Below, one piece after another: positions 1 through 14,570 of a DNA stretch of 64,000 nucleotides (position 1 is its first letter; each line of letters opens with the position of its first letter). The notes beneath the pieces were generated by a model, which saw nothing but the letters and a program-made list of their open reading frames with translations, searched no databases and was not told the origin of the DNA. The stretch comes from Octopus vulgaris. Its lineage: Eukaryota. The position numbers and the translations under genes were made by a program. Where the stretch lies: assembly GCA_951406725.2 (NCBI GenBank), contig OX597817.1, positions 20,398,001 to 20,462,000 of the forward strand, written 5' to 3'.

Positions 1-390
1 GCACTGGGAACTAATTTTTCCTCAGAGTTTGCAATTAACATCTGCTCTGTGATTTCTTTATATGAAAATGTCATGCAACTATTCTTTTAGCCTTCTAGTT
101 ATACAAATGTCACTGAGGTTTCGATATATCGTCCTATGATCTGCTTTGTCATAAGATCTTGGCAAAAGTCAATATAAATCATATCCATTTTTTAGTGGTT
201 GACCTATTGTTTCAGTACCACATCACTGAGTTATACTTGTTGTGTGAGGCAAGTCCCACTCGGACGAAGCAACGTTGCGTATTTGTGAGCAAGCTACTTA
301 CTTCTAGGTGTGTGATCAGTCTCCTTCTGAGAATGCATTCCATGGCTTTGCTAACATGTGTAGTCAAACATATAGTTCTTAATTTATGTC
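1..390 (-). mobile_element. Decayed CR1-type LINE reverse transcriptase fragment (runs off window edge)
   Basis: Minus-strand translation with stops/frameshifts: RTICLTTHVSKAMECILRRRLITHLE..TQRCF..CLTQ..MDMIYIDF..YDKADH, matching the [27 protein letters not shown] motifs. Confidence 0.7.
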
Positions 391-586
391 ATCTACTCTG
401 AATCCTCCCTTATTGACGGTGTATAATATAGTTTCTCCTATCATTTTCGGAAGCAGTTCCCCCCACATGTAATATAATTCTGAAGATATATTTTTAGTGG
501 TTTGTGGGTAGTTTTCTTGTATGTATTTAAATGAAGAACCCAAAATACATCTGGGTTCATTGTTGACTTAAATTTCATTTTATGCA

Positions 587-630
<44 letters not shown>

Positions 631-1665
631 CACCTTCTTCCTTTATGTCCATGTAATCGATTGTTGCTTCTTTATGTGTAGATCTGTGTAGTAGAAATTC
701 TCATCAGGCTTTCTTTCTGGCGTATATTCTAACCAGAAAAGTGAAAACATTTTGGAATTCTCTATTTAGTATTTCCCTTTTTCATAATGGTACCTTGTGT
801 CAGGGAACCATTTATTCAAACCATGGCCCCTACTTTGCAGTGCACTCAAGCAGAATCATTTGCAAACTTCTAGAGGGCTCTAGGATTCTTAGTATGTCTT
901 CTACTGCTTGGTTTCTCTTTCTTCCTTTTGGTTTTAATGGGGGAATCCGAATTTCCTTTTGACTCTAAAAGTACAAATTTCAGATTACTCACTATCTTTA
1001 AGCGGTTTATATAAGTGATTATTTTCCGTCTAATAACAAATCACATATCTCGGGGAATAATGTTTTTTTTAGTATTGGCTCCAAATACTGAGACAAATTT
1101 TATGCATGTGGCTTGCGTTATTCACATGAAAACTTTTGTGTATCGTATCAATATCTTGCATGGAGATATATGAAAGCAATGTCGTCTTCAGGTAGGGGAT
1201 CAATGGACTGTTTTCCGGTGGCATCACGTATCCAGAGACCCAATTCTGACTTATTGTTTGGCTTGCTATCAATAGATAAATGACACAGAGTTCAGTGTCT
1301 TGATTTAATCAAGGAACCATAATGCTGTTAGGAGAATCGCACTTCATGGCAAAATTTACTAAAGGATGTTTTTTTTCATATATTACCTTACAGTCTGGCA
1401 TGTGACCATCACAACATATCTCCTTCTTAAGTGAAACATGTTTAGACACAAATAGTGGTGGCTGTAAGTTAAAATCTAAATCGTATTTCTTGTGGTGTAA
1501 AACTGCCTGATAACAACATAAATTGTTCAAGTGGTTCTGCGATATAAATTTGGATTTCGCTTCACATTCATTTCACAAATATCCTTCTTTTCCACAAAAT
1601 GAAATTGGCTGCATCACAATAAATTCCTAAATCTGTAAATGCGATATGATATGTGTACGTACGGA

Positions 1666-1788
1666 CTATCCACTTTCATTTGTTAAAACGTCCTCAGCAT
1701 TCCCATCGTTGTCAATGACAACGTTAGCTTTATCTAAAAGCAACGATATCATCAACATTACCAGCAGCTTTACAGTGCCACATAACAT
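1666..1788 (-). other. Short ORF with signal-peptide-like N-terminus (candidate exon or pseudo-exon)
   Basis: MLCGTVKLLVMLMISLLLDKANVVIDNDGNAEDVLTNESG*; ACAATG start context; GTACGT donor-like motif 3 nt after the stop. Confidence 0.2.
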
Positions 1789-2171
1789 TGTTGTTTTTTG
1801 TTTTTTTTACCTAAGATTATGAAATTTTAATTCATAAAGTTTTTGGTTTTTCATTTTACATATTTTAATATTTCTCTATCAAAATATTAATGTGATATTG
1901 CTGTCATGAAACCCGGCGGGAATACATTTTAAAGTAAATAACATGAAATATAAAATAAATACAATTTTGATAGTATTTCCTTTTATCATCCTTTTATTTT
2001 GTTTGTAATAGGCGATCTTTTTTCTTGATTATTTTTAGCACAACATCATATCAATATTTTCAATGTAATAGAATCTGAAATGTTTGCATATAAAAAAAAG
2101 AAACAATAAAAAGCTATGCAAACATCTACACATATACAAAACGATACACTTTAAAATACACAAATAGAGAG

Positions 2172-2218
<47 letters not shown>

Positions 2219-2337
2219 AATGGAAATGTGATAAAATAACATTCAAGAAAATAAGCTGGTCAATTTTAATCCCGTGCGATATTATTCTCTTTCTTCTATA
2301 CTTAAAAATTACCAATTTCAAAACTAGCGCATTAGCA

Positions 2338-2392
<55 letters not shown>

Positions 2393-2419
2393 GTAATAGT
2401 AATAGTAGTAGCAGTAGTT

Positions 2420-2455
<36 letters not shown>

Positions 2456-2672
2456 ATAATAATAGTAATAGTAATAATAATAGTAGTAATAGTAATAGTA
2501 ATAGTAGTAATAGTAGTAGTAGTAGTAGTAGTTGTAGTAGTAGTAGTAATAATAATAATGATAATAATAATAATAGTAATAGTAATAGTAGTGGTAGTAG
2601 TTGTAGTAGTAGTAGTAATAATAATAATAATAGTAATATTAATAGTTTTAATAATAATAGTAATAGTAGTAA

Positions 2673-2757
<85 letters not shown>
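2338..2757. repeat. Compound (AAT)n/(AGT)n microsatellite
   Basis: Directly visible trinucleotide tract. Confidence 0.97.
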
Positions 2758-2758
<1 letters not shown>

Positions 2759-3080
2759 CACAGAAAATTGGCAGACATCTAGGAGATTCTATTAGGGATT
2801 GCTGCGAGTGGGTATGTCCGTAAACATCAGTTATTTATCAACAAAGCCATGATTGAAGACAACCGAAAAAATAAATGCTCTAAGAATGGATTGGGTGGAT
2901 TACCTGAAGGCTTTTGTCAGGATTCCTCATATTTGGATTGTAGAAACACTAGTCATGAGCAAGGTAGTAGTATCAAGTCATAAAATTTATAAAATATTGA
3001 CATGGATAAATGCCAAAGTGTTCTACAGCTACGGATAAAAGAGGGAATTATAAAAGCTAAAGTCATCTTCTTTAGAAAGT

Positions 3081-3311
3081 TATTTCTTTATTACCCAGAA
3101 GGGGCTAAACGTAGAGGGGACAAACAAGGACACACAAACGGATTAAGTCGATTACATCGACCCCAGTGCGTAAGTGGTACTTAATTTATCGACCCCGAAA
3201 GGATGAGAGGCAAAGTCGACCTCGGCGGAATTTGAACTCACAACGTAACGACAGACGAAATACGGCTACGCATTTCGCACGGCGTGCTAACGTTTCTGCC
3301 AGCTCGCCGCC
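3081..3311 (-). mobile_element. tRNA-derived SINE (family A) with 14-bp TSD
   Basis: Minus head GGCGGCGAGCTGGCAGAAACGTTAGC..GAGTTCAAATTCC (A/B-box-like); TSD CTTCTTTAGAAAGT at 3067-3080 and 3312-3325; near-identical copy at 39223-39454. Confidence 0.9.
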
Positions 3312-4129
3312 CTTCTTTAGAAAGTGATTACTCCACGGAGACTAGCTCTCATCGCACCTTTTTCTGTTTTGAACTAATGCATCCAATCGACATGCCTTTA
3401 AACACAACCGGACATGAATACAAGCTCTGTGCTAAAACATCAACCATATCTTGTGTATGTATTATTTCAAGCTATATGCTGCAAATGATAAAAAAACTGG
3501 AGACACTGCTACAGATAGTGCATGAATTTATGAAATAAATAAAAATGGAACTGAGCTTAGATAAATGGGCTGAAGGAACCTTCAAAAGAGGAAAACAAAT
3601 TGAGAACAACATTTTCACACTAAATAAAGAAGAAAAGGAATAGACCAAATCCACAGGTATATATATATTTAAGAATCAATGAACTAGATAACGGTACAAC
3701 GTAGCCAAATGAAATTATTGATGAGGAAGGAATATCATAGACGGATTAGATTCATACTTTCCAGAGGTTGATACGAACGGTAAGATAATATTTTTATATT
3801 ATCAGCATTTTTGTTGTCCTAGTTATAAGTTGCAGTTACCATATTCTTAACTGAACACTAAATGAAAAAGTTAAACTAGACAAGAAAAGAGAAATATCAC
3901 TGAATTTAGAATACAGTTTCCAAGGTTCTGACAGAGTAAGGTTTATATACACAACGAACTGAAGTTGATTGAGGCATTACTCTGCTAGAAAGTTGTTACA
4001 AGATATCCACGATAGGACTACAGAAAAGTCAGAACCAAGAAAAACGCATACAAATAGCCACAAATGTAAGCAAACAAAAACAAAACGGTTTTCTGTCCTC
4101 AAGAAAGTCAAAACATAGAATGGAAATAT

Positions 4130-4196
4130 AGTTCTATATTTAAGAGATGAGGAATTATGTACATTATTTATATCATTATATCCGTCAAATGTAAAT
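4130..4196 (-). mobile_element. Fold-back 3' end fragment of the tRNA-hammerhead element found at 32.9-33.6 kb
   Basis: 4130-4170 is the reverse complement of ~33554-33594; it is followed by forward-oriented ATATCCGTCAAATGTAAAT from the same element. Confidence 0.8.
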
Positions 4197-4333
4197 ATAA
4201 TGAAAAGTGCATAATACTTGAAATTATGAAGAAAGAGAAGAAACATCAAAAGCTGTAAAGCAGCTAAGATCTAGGCAAAAGCTTGAAGTACAGCACACCA
4301 TAAAAAGACGATGACAAAAGAAGACTTTACCTA

Positions 4334-4621
4334 GCAAATACTGGGATACGCTAAAGAGTAAAGAAATAGTCAAAATAAAATCTCAACAGTGATTGAGGAT
4401 TTCGGCCCAAAGCAAAAGCTGAAGGGTTTTTAATTGAGGCACATAGAAACCACCACAAACGCGTAATGAAGAAAGATGCAAATACTGGGATACGCTAAAG
4501 AGTAAAGAAATAGTCAAAATAAAATCTCAACAGTGATTGAGGATTTCGGCCCAAAGCAAAAGCTGAAGGGTTTTTAATTGAGGCACATAGAAACCACCAT
4601 AAACGCGTAATGAAGAAAGAT
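4334..4621. repeat. 144-bp tandem duplication (2 copies)
   Basis: 4334-4477 and 4478-4621 differ at one position seen (CACCAC/CACCAT); GCAA at unit boundaries. Confidence 0.92.
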
Positions 4622-4959
4622 GCAATACCTTCAGAATATGTAGTTATGGGGAAGAAAAAAATCAATCATATTTTCTCCGTTTGCTCAGTCCTGGCCAAAG
4701 GAATACATCCAAAATTATGACAGGGCTGGGACTTAAATATATTACAAGTTGTGCTGCACTGTAGAATGAAATCAGAAAAAGAATTGTAGAGGCAATCCCG
4801 GAAAAGATCATAGAAAAATTACAATACATGTCAGACTCTGAGTACGCCAATACAAACAGATAGCGTGGTAAAGTTTAACAGGTCAGATAGTGTGGTCAGT
4901 GACCATCAAGCCAAAAGAATGACTTCTAATCACTATATCTGTAGAAGTGTAGCAATTCT

Positions 4960-6190
4960 CTACATCGGAAATATATTATCGCTGAGGAAAAAGCCGGCTT
5001 CGTCAAGGGCAGAGGAACAAAGGAATAGATAGTCAACATCAGGATGATGATTTTGAAGTTTAAGGAATATAACATCCCACTTTACGTGTGTTTCATCGAC
5101 TACTCTAAGGCCTTTGACTGTGTGAGGCACAGCAAGCTGTGGGACGTAATGAAGTACATGGGATTTCCTGAACACTTAGTCGCACTGTTGGCTCCACTAT
5201 ATCAAGATCAACAGTCATCTGTCAGGACGTCCGTCAGTGACACTGAGTGGTTCGGCATTGAGAGATGTGTCCTACAGACATGTGTTTTGTCTCTATATCT
5301 GTACAACATCTATGGAGAAAACATCATAAGAGCGGTGAAGGAGAAATACGACGGTGGTGTGTAGATTGGCGGAGAAAGGCTGTGCAATCTGAGATACGCC
5401 GATGACACAACCCTTATAAGGGTTGTGCCATCGTCTCATAAGGACGAATTGCTGCAGATGATACGCAAAGGGAAAGACATTAGAGCACAAAGTGACCTAT
5501 TCCTGAATGTAAAGAAAACAAAGATCTTGGTGGTGGATAAGTACAGAACAGGCCATGGTGATTTCACTGTAGACGAAACGATTATTCAAGAAGTGGATGA
5601 TTTTGTGTACTTGGGATCCACAATCAGCACCAGTAGATCAAGCACATCAGAGATACGGAGAAGGCTCGCTATTGCGAGGCAAGCGGTACAAGATATGGAG
5701 AACGACTGGAAGAGTCGTGGTGTGTCAATGCTGCTGAAGATAAGGCAACTTCAGGTTGCCACTGTCTCTATTGCGATGTACCGATGCGAGTCTTAGACAG
5801 TGTTGAAGGCAAGGAGAAAAGAGTGAGCGCCTTTGAAATATGGTGTTGCCGCAGAATCCTTAGGGTGTCGTGGGCGGAGAGAAGGACGAACAACTGGGTA
5901 CTAGAAAAGGTCGGTTGCGAGATGGCACTTCGACGAAATATCGTCAAGCGGAAACTACGGTTCTTTGGCCACGTCACATGCCGGGATGGACTTGAGCGAA
6001 AGATCATAACTTGCAAGGTGAACGGTAGACGTAAAAGAAACAGTCCACCCATTTCTTGGCTGAAAGACATCGCAGCCACAGGATTGTATTTATTCTCAGA
6101 TGTCCATGGGATAGAGAACAAGAGAAGGTGGCACGATATCGTGATGGCCACAGTATGGCATAGTGTGACACTTGACTAGGATGATGAATG
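4960..6190 (+). mobile_element. 5'-truncated RTE-clade LINE (RT and C-terminus), disrupted
   Basis: EEKAGFVKGRGT, PLYVCFIDYSKAFDCV, NLRYADDTTL, LNVKKTK, FVYLGS, AFEIWCCRRILRVSW, FFGHV across ORFs 5044-5364, 5425-5796, 5784-6179; short (GAT)-like tail. Confidence 0.92.
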
Positions 6191-6339
6191 ATCTGCTAGC
6201 CTAATAAAAACCCTATAAAACTATGACATGGATGACCCACAACGATTAGACCAAGTCCACACAGATGTCATTGGGTGATCTAGGAGAAGTATTTCATGCA
6301 GTTGGAAATGCGTGAGGAAGTTAGCGAGGCTATTGCATC

Positions 6340-6780
6340 CCACTCTCTATTTCTCTGGTCCTACATAATCTTTGCTTGTGTCTACGATCTCATCCAGTCA
6401 CCCACTAACAGTAATAAGGGTGATATTCCGAGGAAAGTCTATAGAAGTCTAAAAAATCTGACCGTACAGCTCCTGTTGGAGCATAGACTGTCACTAGTCT
6501 TAAAGCTATCCCTTGCTTTCTTTGCTACTTACGTCCAAGACCACCATCCTACTGACCGGGTCGAAGAAAATCGTATTCACCAAGGCCTTTCCAAAAATCA
6601 CCGCGACGCTGTTTGATCCAGGCCGAACAGAAGGCATATAAACAACGTACTTGTCGAGAAGAAGAGCAAGCGATTGCGTGTCGGAAATCCTAGTTTCACT
6701 AATGGCTACTGCGTGCAGACATAGTGACCTGAGACAGTTGAACAGGTGACCCTATTTCCATGCTGCCTTCTGGCCATGGG
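6340..6780 (-). mobile_element. Tx1/L1-type LINE apurinic-like endonuclease fragment
   Basis: Minus translation AVAISETRI..RMVVLDV..RLVTVYAPT..LLLVGDW. Confidence 0.7.
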
Positions 6781-8010
6781 CATTTATAAACCTATTCTTA
6801 AAATTGGCTTTCGTATGAAAAACAACGACAATAATAATGAAGTAATAACATGTATACCCAACTATAGCATTCGAATGGTATGCTACCTTCGAAAAATATT
6901 ACCATCAATTTTAGAATTTTCGAAACTAACTCATTTTCACCTCCAATTATTTCGATAGCTCTAATATCCCTCATAATCATACCACTTAAGAGAACAGTGT
7001 ATGAGTATAACAATTACATCAAGAAAATAATTTCACAGCTTTATACAGATACCTTTGGTCTGTATGGCATAAACCGTGATAAGATTGAAGCCCTATCATA
7101 TAGTGTAAAATCATTCAGTAATGGATGGAGCTTCGTCTTTATATATTAGTGAATGGCACGACAAAACCGACATGTACAAGTGGCTAGTAGGTGCGAGCGG
7201 AAACCTTTGCATTGCAAATATGTGGCCCATAGCTACAAGCCCCTGTTGATGATAATCAGTGTCATTATCTTAGCTGCATGTTAGCTCTCTAAAATATTTG
7301 TTATTGGTACTGCTAAACATCAACAGCGACGTGGCAAAAAGTAATGAAAATGCAAATATGCACTTCAACATTCTACAATACTTATACCAGACATGCATAT
7401 TCGTAACGTAATATTTCGCATGTAACAATTTTAAGGAGAAACACGCCTCTCTTTCCAAAACATCTGCAGAACACATCATATGTGATTGTAGCTATCGACC
7501 ATATCAGATTATGTACTCACATACTGACGGGGACTCGATTAGAAGAAACTGATGGTCATACTCATATTGTATATTACAGAAATTCAATGTATCCATAATC
7601 ACTATAGACATAAACGATTGCTTCCGTACAGAGAAAAAATCGGACGTGCCTACAGATCCAAAATTAGAACAAATATTAGGGATTGATTTAGAGTGTACGC
7701 ACAGTCAGTAAATGTTTGCAGTGCAGGCATCTTAATGGGAAATAAAGAGTTATATATTAACAGATCCGATCCAAGAAATGCCATCACCAACGCAGTAAAA
7801 AAAAAGAAAACTGTTGATGAAATATGACTAAAGGAATATAATTTGAATAAATTTGCATGCTTTGGGAGCATCTGTGCAAAATATCTGTGCACGTATCACA
7901 CACACCCAATCTTAAATTATACCCAAATATGTATTACTGTTATTAAATAAAAAAAACATAGCACGATAGATGAATAGAAACACGAGAGCAGACTTCAGCT
8001 CATTAAGATG

Positions 8011-8401
8011 GATGGATGGATGGAAGCACTCCGTCGGTTACGACGACGAGGGTTCTGGTTGATCCGAATCAACGGAACAGCCTGCTCGTGAAATTAACGT
8101 GTACGTGGCTGAGCACTCCACAGACACGAGCACCCTTAACGTAGTTCTCGGGGATATTCAGCGTGACACAGAGAGTGACAAGGCCGGCCCTTTGAAATAC
8201 AGGTACAACAGAAACAGGAAGTAAGAGTGAGAGAAAGTTGTGGTGAAAGAGTACAGCAGGGATCACCACCATCCCCTGCCGGAGCTCGTGGAGCTTTAGG
8301 TGTTTTCGCTCAATAAACACTCACAACGCCCGGTCTGGGAATCGAAACCGCGATCCTATGACCGCGAGTCCGCTGCCCTAACCACTGGGCCATTGCGCCT
8401 C
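8011..8401 (-). mobile_element. Full-length tRNA-derived SINE (family B) with 10-bp TSD
   Basis: Minus head GGAGGCGCAATGGCCCAGTGGTTAGG..GGTTTCGATTCC (A and B boxes); (CATC)n tail; TSD CATTAAGATG at 8001-8010 and 8402-8411. Confidence 0.92.
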
Positions 8402-8637
8402 CATTAAGATGAGGCATAATGAAATAACAATGAATATCATTTGAAATATCTGAAAGTTTTGCAAAATTCAGAATAGTGCAATGAAAATGCTTGAATAATT
8501 TTATAGTTGAAAACTAAAATAACTAAAATTCAAATATCACGTTCCCTTTGGAAGTATGATCCTTCTTGAGTATAACAATATTTATGTCAACACAATATTT
8601 CAGATCAAAGTTTTAGGTAACCGACTCCATTGCATGC

Positions 8638-8720
<83 letters not shown>

Positions 8721-8745
8721 CCTACCTATCTATCTATCTATCTAC

Positions 8746-8836
<91 letters not shown>

Positions 8837-8837
8837 C

Positions 8838-8895
<58 letters not shown>

Positions 8896-8898
8896 ATA

Positions 8899-8941
<43 letters not shown>

Positions 8942-9030
8942 AAATATATACATATCTATCAATCTATTTATCTATCTATCTGTCTATCTATCAATCTATC
9001 TCTCTGTCTGTCTGTCTATCTATTTTCTAT
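8638..9030. repeat. (TATC)n microsatellite
   Basis: Directly visible tetranucleotide tract. Confidence 0.97.
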
Positions 9031-10121
9031 CTAGAGAGAAAGAAAAAAAGAAAGAAAGAAAGAAAGAGGGTATTTGTGAGAGTTATAAATATATACACAA
9101 GCTGCTTTCATATTTACAGTTGATGTATGTGTGTGTATGTAATATGTTGGTATCTATCTTTCACTTTATGAGGCAAGTCTCACAGCCATATTGTATATTT
9201 CCCATGAACTGGAAGTTACCTCGTATGTAAGTATCTTACACATTATTAATGCTTTTTTGTAGCACACATTTCACAGGAAAAGTTGTCGCACCTATCTGCA
9301 ATTTTTTATAGTCATATCTTTATGTTCCATCACAAAGTTGTCGTTTTATATTTTGCACGGACAGGGTTAAATTTTAGAGTCTATATATAATTTAAATAGA
9401 TAAAATATACAATAAATTCGTTTACCGATATAAATACAGTCGAATATAAATGGGCGTGTGTAAAATATTGCATCTGTACAGTCAATGACAGAACCTAAAC
9501 AAATCAAACTTTCAGGAGTTGCTATATTCCCATCGGTAAGAATTTATCACAAAAATTTTTTTTTCTTTCTTGCCATACGCAAAACTGTCAGATATATTCA
9601 AGCATATCACAGCAATACTTTAAAATATATACATATACGTATTCACTATTTTAGTGAACGTACATCATATATAATAGTATATATATGTACGAGCACCACA
9701 TATACATTAAATATATAGTAAATGTGTAGACGCATTTTCGTGTGAATCTCAAATAGAAGCTAGAAAACAAAGATTGTTCTCTTCATTCATCATTCGACTT
9801 GGCAAGTGTGCAAAACATGTTTATGGATCAATTGGAGAAGTTTGATTTCCCAAGACTCCAGAACCAATATTGCAAGCTTTTTGTTCTGATATGAGTTCAA
9901 TTTAAAGATTCACATGAAAATAATTGCTTTCATAAATAGCCACATTTGTAATATCCAGTAAGAGAAACGTATGTGGGTCCCATTATGTGAGTGGAAATCT
10001 CTTCGGTAGTAAGTCAAATACAAATATTTCAATCAGCCTCTTTAAAAATATATCTATAACTCTATACTTCAATATACAGATATGCATTCATTCACATTAA
10101 TCTTACTCTTCAAATGAAGTA

Positions 10122-10124
<3 letters not shown>

Positions 10125-10198
<74 letters not shown>

Positions 10199-10310
10199 GT
10201 CATTGTTATTATTATTATTATTATTAATATTATTATTATTATTGTCATTGTTATTATTATTAGTGTTATTATTATTTATTAGTATTATTATTATTGTTGT
10301 TGTTGTTGTT
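10125..10310. repeat. (TTA)n/(TTG)n microsatellite
   Basis: Directly visible. Confidence 0.95.
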
Positions 10311-10767
10311 GGGAGATTAAATTTTCTACTTCATACTATTTGCACTGACATGTATATTAAAGCTATTTAGAATGGACCACACTGATATAGTTGTGTTCCT
10401 TAATAAATTTAATAACAAAAGGAAATACTATTCAGTATATTACATTTTTTGTGTATACGAATATATTTTTGCTAGTCTTCGATATGAATTTATATATTTA
10501 ACATATTACGCTGAAATTGATTAACTGTGCTTGCTAGTTGGAATTGATATTACTGCCTAAATATCTTCGTGTAAAATGGTGGTTATTTCTTTTCATTGAC
10601 GTTAAAACGATTGCAGACATTCCAGCCGTCACGTGGACATTAAACTGTTATATCTGATAGCTGGTCGGAGAAAACATAATTCCAAGGGCCATGTTTAAGT
10701 TGAAATTGAAAATATTTTTGATAACCGAACAGCTGTTTAATCATAAAGAGCAAATAATAATATTAGA

Positions 10768-11566
<799 letters not shown>

Positions 11567-11602
11567 TAATAATAATGATAATAACAATAATAATAATAAT
11601 AA

Positions 11603-11620
11603 TGCACTGCTCTCTCACTC
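11603..11620 (+). mobile_element. 18-bp 3' terminus of the (AAT)n-associated non-coding element
   Basis: TGCACTGCTCTCTCACTC inside (AAT)n; matches the termini at 28632 and 29460. Confidence 0.7.
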
Positions 11621-11690
11621 AATAATAATAATAATAATGAGGAGGAAGAGGAGGAGGATGGTGATGTTGATGATGATGATGATGATGATG

Positions 11691-11749
<59 letters not shown>

Positions 11750-11799
11750 TATAATTATTATTATTATTATCATTATCATCATCATCATCATCATTATTA

Positions 11800-13711
11800 T
11801 AAAAAACTACTTGATCTAAAAGTTCAAATTTTCATTGAAAGGCTGAAAATTTAAGAAATCAGTATGAATGAACGTAACACTCCCGAAAATTCACTATTCT
11901 AACCAAAGCCTTCAAGTAATTGCTAAAATCTGCCTTGCACTTAAGGAGATAATTTCAGTTATTAATGTTGATATTACAGATCTCAACCTCAACCAATTGT
12001 ACTATGCATCCACGAAAATCGCAGCAATTCTATGTGTTGAAAAGATTAGAAAAACGACAACATTCTCACAAAAAGCCTACTTGGCAAGAGCCAAGATTCA
12101 GTTGCATAGGTCTGTCATAGAATGTTTAAAAAACCCTTAGTTTTGACTAGACTATGAGACCAAGAACAATCCGAAAATCAACGAAAAATATATGAAAACC
12201 ATGTTTGACATCGATGCCACCACAGAAGCTCTCAGGCAAAAGGTATGTGCTAAAGCTGCCTGCATAGCAAGGAATGTAAAGCAACATATTCAAAATGAAC
12301 CCAAAATATTTTAATAGGAAAATAGGGAATAAACCAGTATATCCCGTGAAAAAAAGAAGTGCAGGAATTTGGGAATAAAATTTGGGCAGAAGAAAAAGCC
12401 CACAGTGAAAATGCCTACTGGAAATGATAGAATATCTACAGACTTAGAATTCTTAGAAGAGTAAAAGGGGGAGGGTATCATGGTAGAGGATATAAGATCT
12501 GCTTTCAGGAGGTCAATCAAATGGACGTCTCCAGGAAAAGATAAGATTTCTAACATTTGGTTCAATGTCTTCTCAGAAAGCCATGAATTGCTAAGAAAAC
12601 GTTACAACAATGTTTTTCAACAACCTAGTATGATTCCCTCTTGGCTAGTTAATTGTGTAATATTCCTACTTCCAAAGTATGAAGAAACAAATGGACCAAA
12701 ACATTATAGACACATAACCTGCTTAACAACAATATATAAAACACTAACATCTCTCTTGACTTAATATACCTATTTGTTTTTTTAATAGAAAGTGGCATAT
12801 TCCGTAATGAGCAAAAGTGATGTAAACGTTTCTAAAAATCAGCTACTTATAAATAAGGTGATCTTGGAAGACTGTTATAAACGACACAAATACTTGTCGA
12901 TTGCCTGGATAGATTATATAAAAAATGCTTTTGATAGTTTACCATATAGCTAGATTAACAAATGCCTGGAAACGTATAAAATAGCACCTACTCTGCGAAA
13001 CGTCTTGTCTGTAAGTATCAGATCATGGAGAAACACACTGAATTTAAACAGTGACAATGAATCTCTCAATTTCATGTGGTATTTTCAAAGTGAATCTTTA
13101 TCACGACTCCTCTTTGGCTAGCTCCAGTGCTTGAAAAAGTTCACATCTCACTCGTCAGGAACTTCACTAATCAAACAACGGAAAGAAAGATGCGAATTGG
13201 CCAGACATAATATTGAAATATTTCAGACAAACATTATGCCTCTTCATTGATATCACTGTCCCAAATCGACATAAAACTGTATCTGTCAAGATCAACCAAA
13301 AGCTAAGCAATATAAAGATGTTGAAATGGAAATTGGCCAAAGGTGGAAACTCAAGACTAAATCAATACCTGTTGTCATAGGTGTCCTAGGAAGGATAACC
13401 AAACGGGTTGATTGCTACCTAGCGCAGATACCAGGAAACCCCAAAATGACAGAAATTCAAAAGATAGTGCTCATGGGAACTGCACATATCCTACGCAAAA
13501 TACTTTCTATGTAAACTCAAGTTTAAAAAAAAAGTTAATACAAGTTTTTCTCATGGTTTCTTAAACATTCTCTAGAACAACACTATAAAAAATCAAATAT
13601 ATGGCACCTTAGGCTTAACACCAACATGAACGTGCAACTTGTTGTCTCTGGAGGTTTCTGGGTGAGACTTGGAGCCAACTTGTACAAATGCAAATCAAAA
13701 ATCAAAATTAA
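11800..13711 (+). mobile_element. Internally deleted R4/Dong-type element
   Basis: WTSPGKDKISNIW, PKHYRHITCLTTIYK, IAWIDY, GIFQSESLS, then jump to the RLE end WKLKTKSIPVVIGVLG..QKIVLMGTAHILRK; (AAT)n tail. Confidence 0.88.
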
Positions 13712-13730
13712 AATAATAATAATAAGAATG

Positions 13731-13821
<91 letters not shown>

Positions 13822-13837
13822 TAATAATAATAATAAT

Positions 13838-14398
13838 AGTACTTGAAAATGACCACATCTCACTCCTCTGCAACTTCACCATTCAAACTGACAGAAATAT
13901 AGATGCAAATAGGCCAGACATCATATTGAAAGACTTCAAACAAAGAACATGCCTCCTCATTGATATGACTGTCCCAATCGATATAAACGTATCTGTCAAG
14001 ACCTACCAAAACTGAGCAAATATAAAGATCTTGAAATAGAAATCAGCAAAATGTGGAACATGAAGACTAACACAATACCTGTTGTCATAGGTACCCTGGG
14101 AATGATAGCAAAAGGGGCTGATAGCTACCTAACTCAGATACCAGGAAACCCCAAAATGGCAGAAATTCAAAAGATAGTGCTCATGGGAACTGCTCATATC
14201 CTACGCGAAATACTTTCTATGTAATCTCAAGGTTTAAAACAAACATTTTTTTAGACATCCACCAGTACAACACAAAAAACAACCAAATATATGGCACACT
14301 AGGCATAACAACAACGTGAACTTCCAACCTGTTGTCTCTTGAGGTCTCCGGGTGAGACTTGGAGCTAACTTGTACAAATATAAGCAAAAGTCAAACAT
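13838..14398 (+). mobile_element. 5'-truncated R4/Dong-type element, same subfamily as 11800-13711
   Basis: ANRPDIILKD..LLIDMTVP..SKYKDLEIE..GTAHILRE; 3' UTR similar to 13515-13711; (AAT)n on both sides. Confidence 0.9.
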
Positions 14399-14455
14399 AT
14401 AATAATAATAATAATAACGATGATGATGATGGTGATGATGATGATGATGATGATG

Positions 14456-14570
<115 letters not shown>

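Larger units (their letters stand above)
2758..4945 (+). mobile_element. Highly decayed R4/Dong-type RLE retrotransposon, interrupted by a SINE and other inserts
   Basis: Starts right after (AAT)n; KHQLFINKAMIED..LRMDWVDYLKAFVRIPHIWIVETL (AWIDYKKAFDSVPHSW motif); later MELSLDKWA and KAEGFLIEA motifs. Confidence 0.75.

Noticed and set aside
8330-8401. tRNA gene (also heads at 33162-33230 and 59995-60064)
   Set aside because: These tRNA-like heads continue into repeat bodies without a proper acceptor stem or terminator, so they are SINE heads.
8556-9230. 224-aa ORF and the many poly-I/Y/L/N/YI/CV ORFs elsewhere in the track
   Set aside because: They are translations of stop-free microsatellite frames, not genes.
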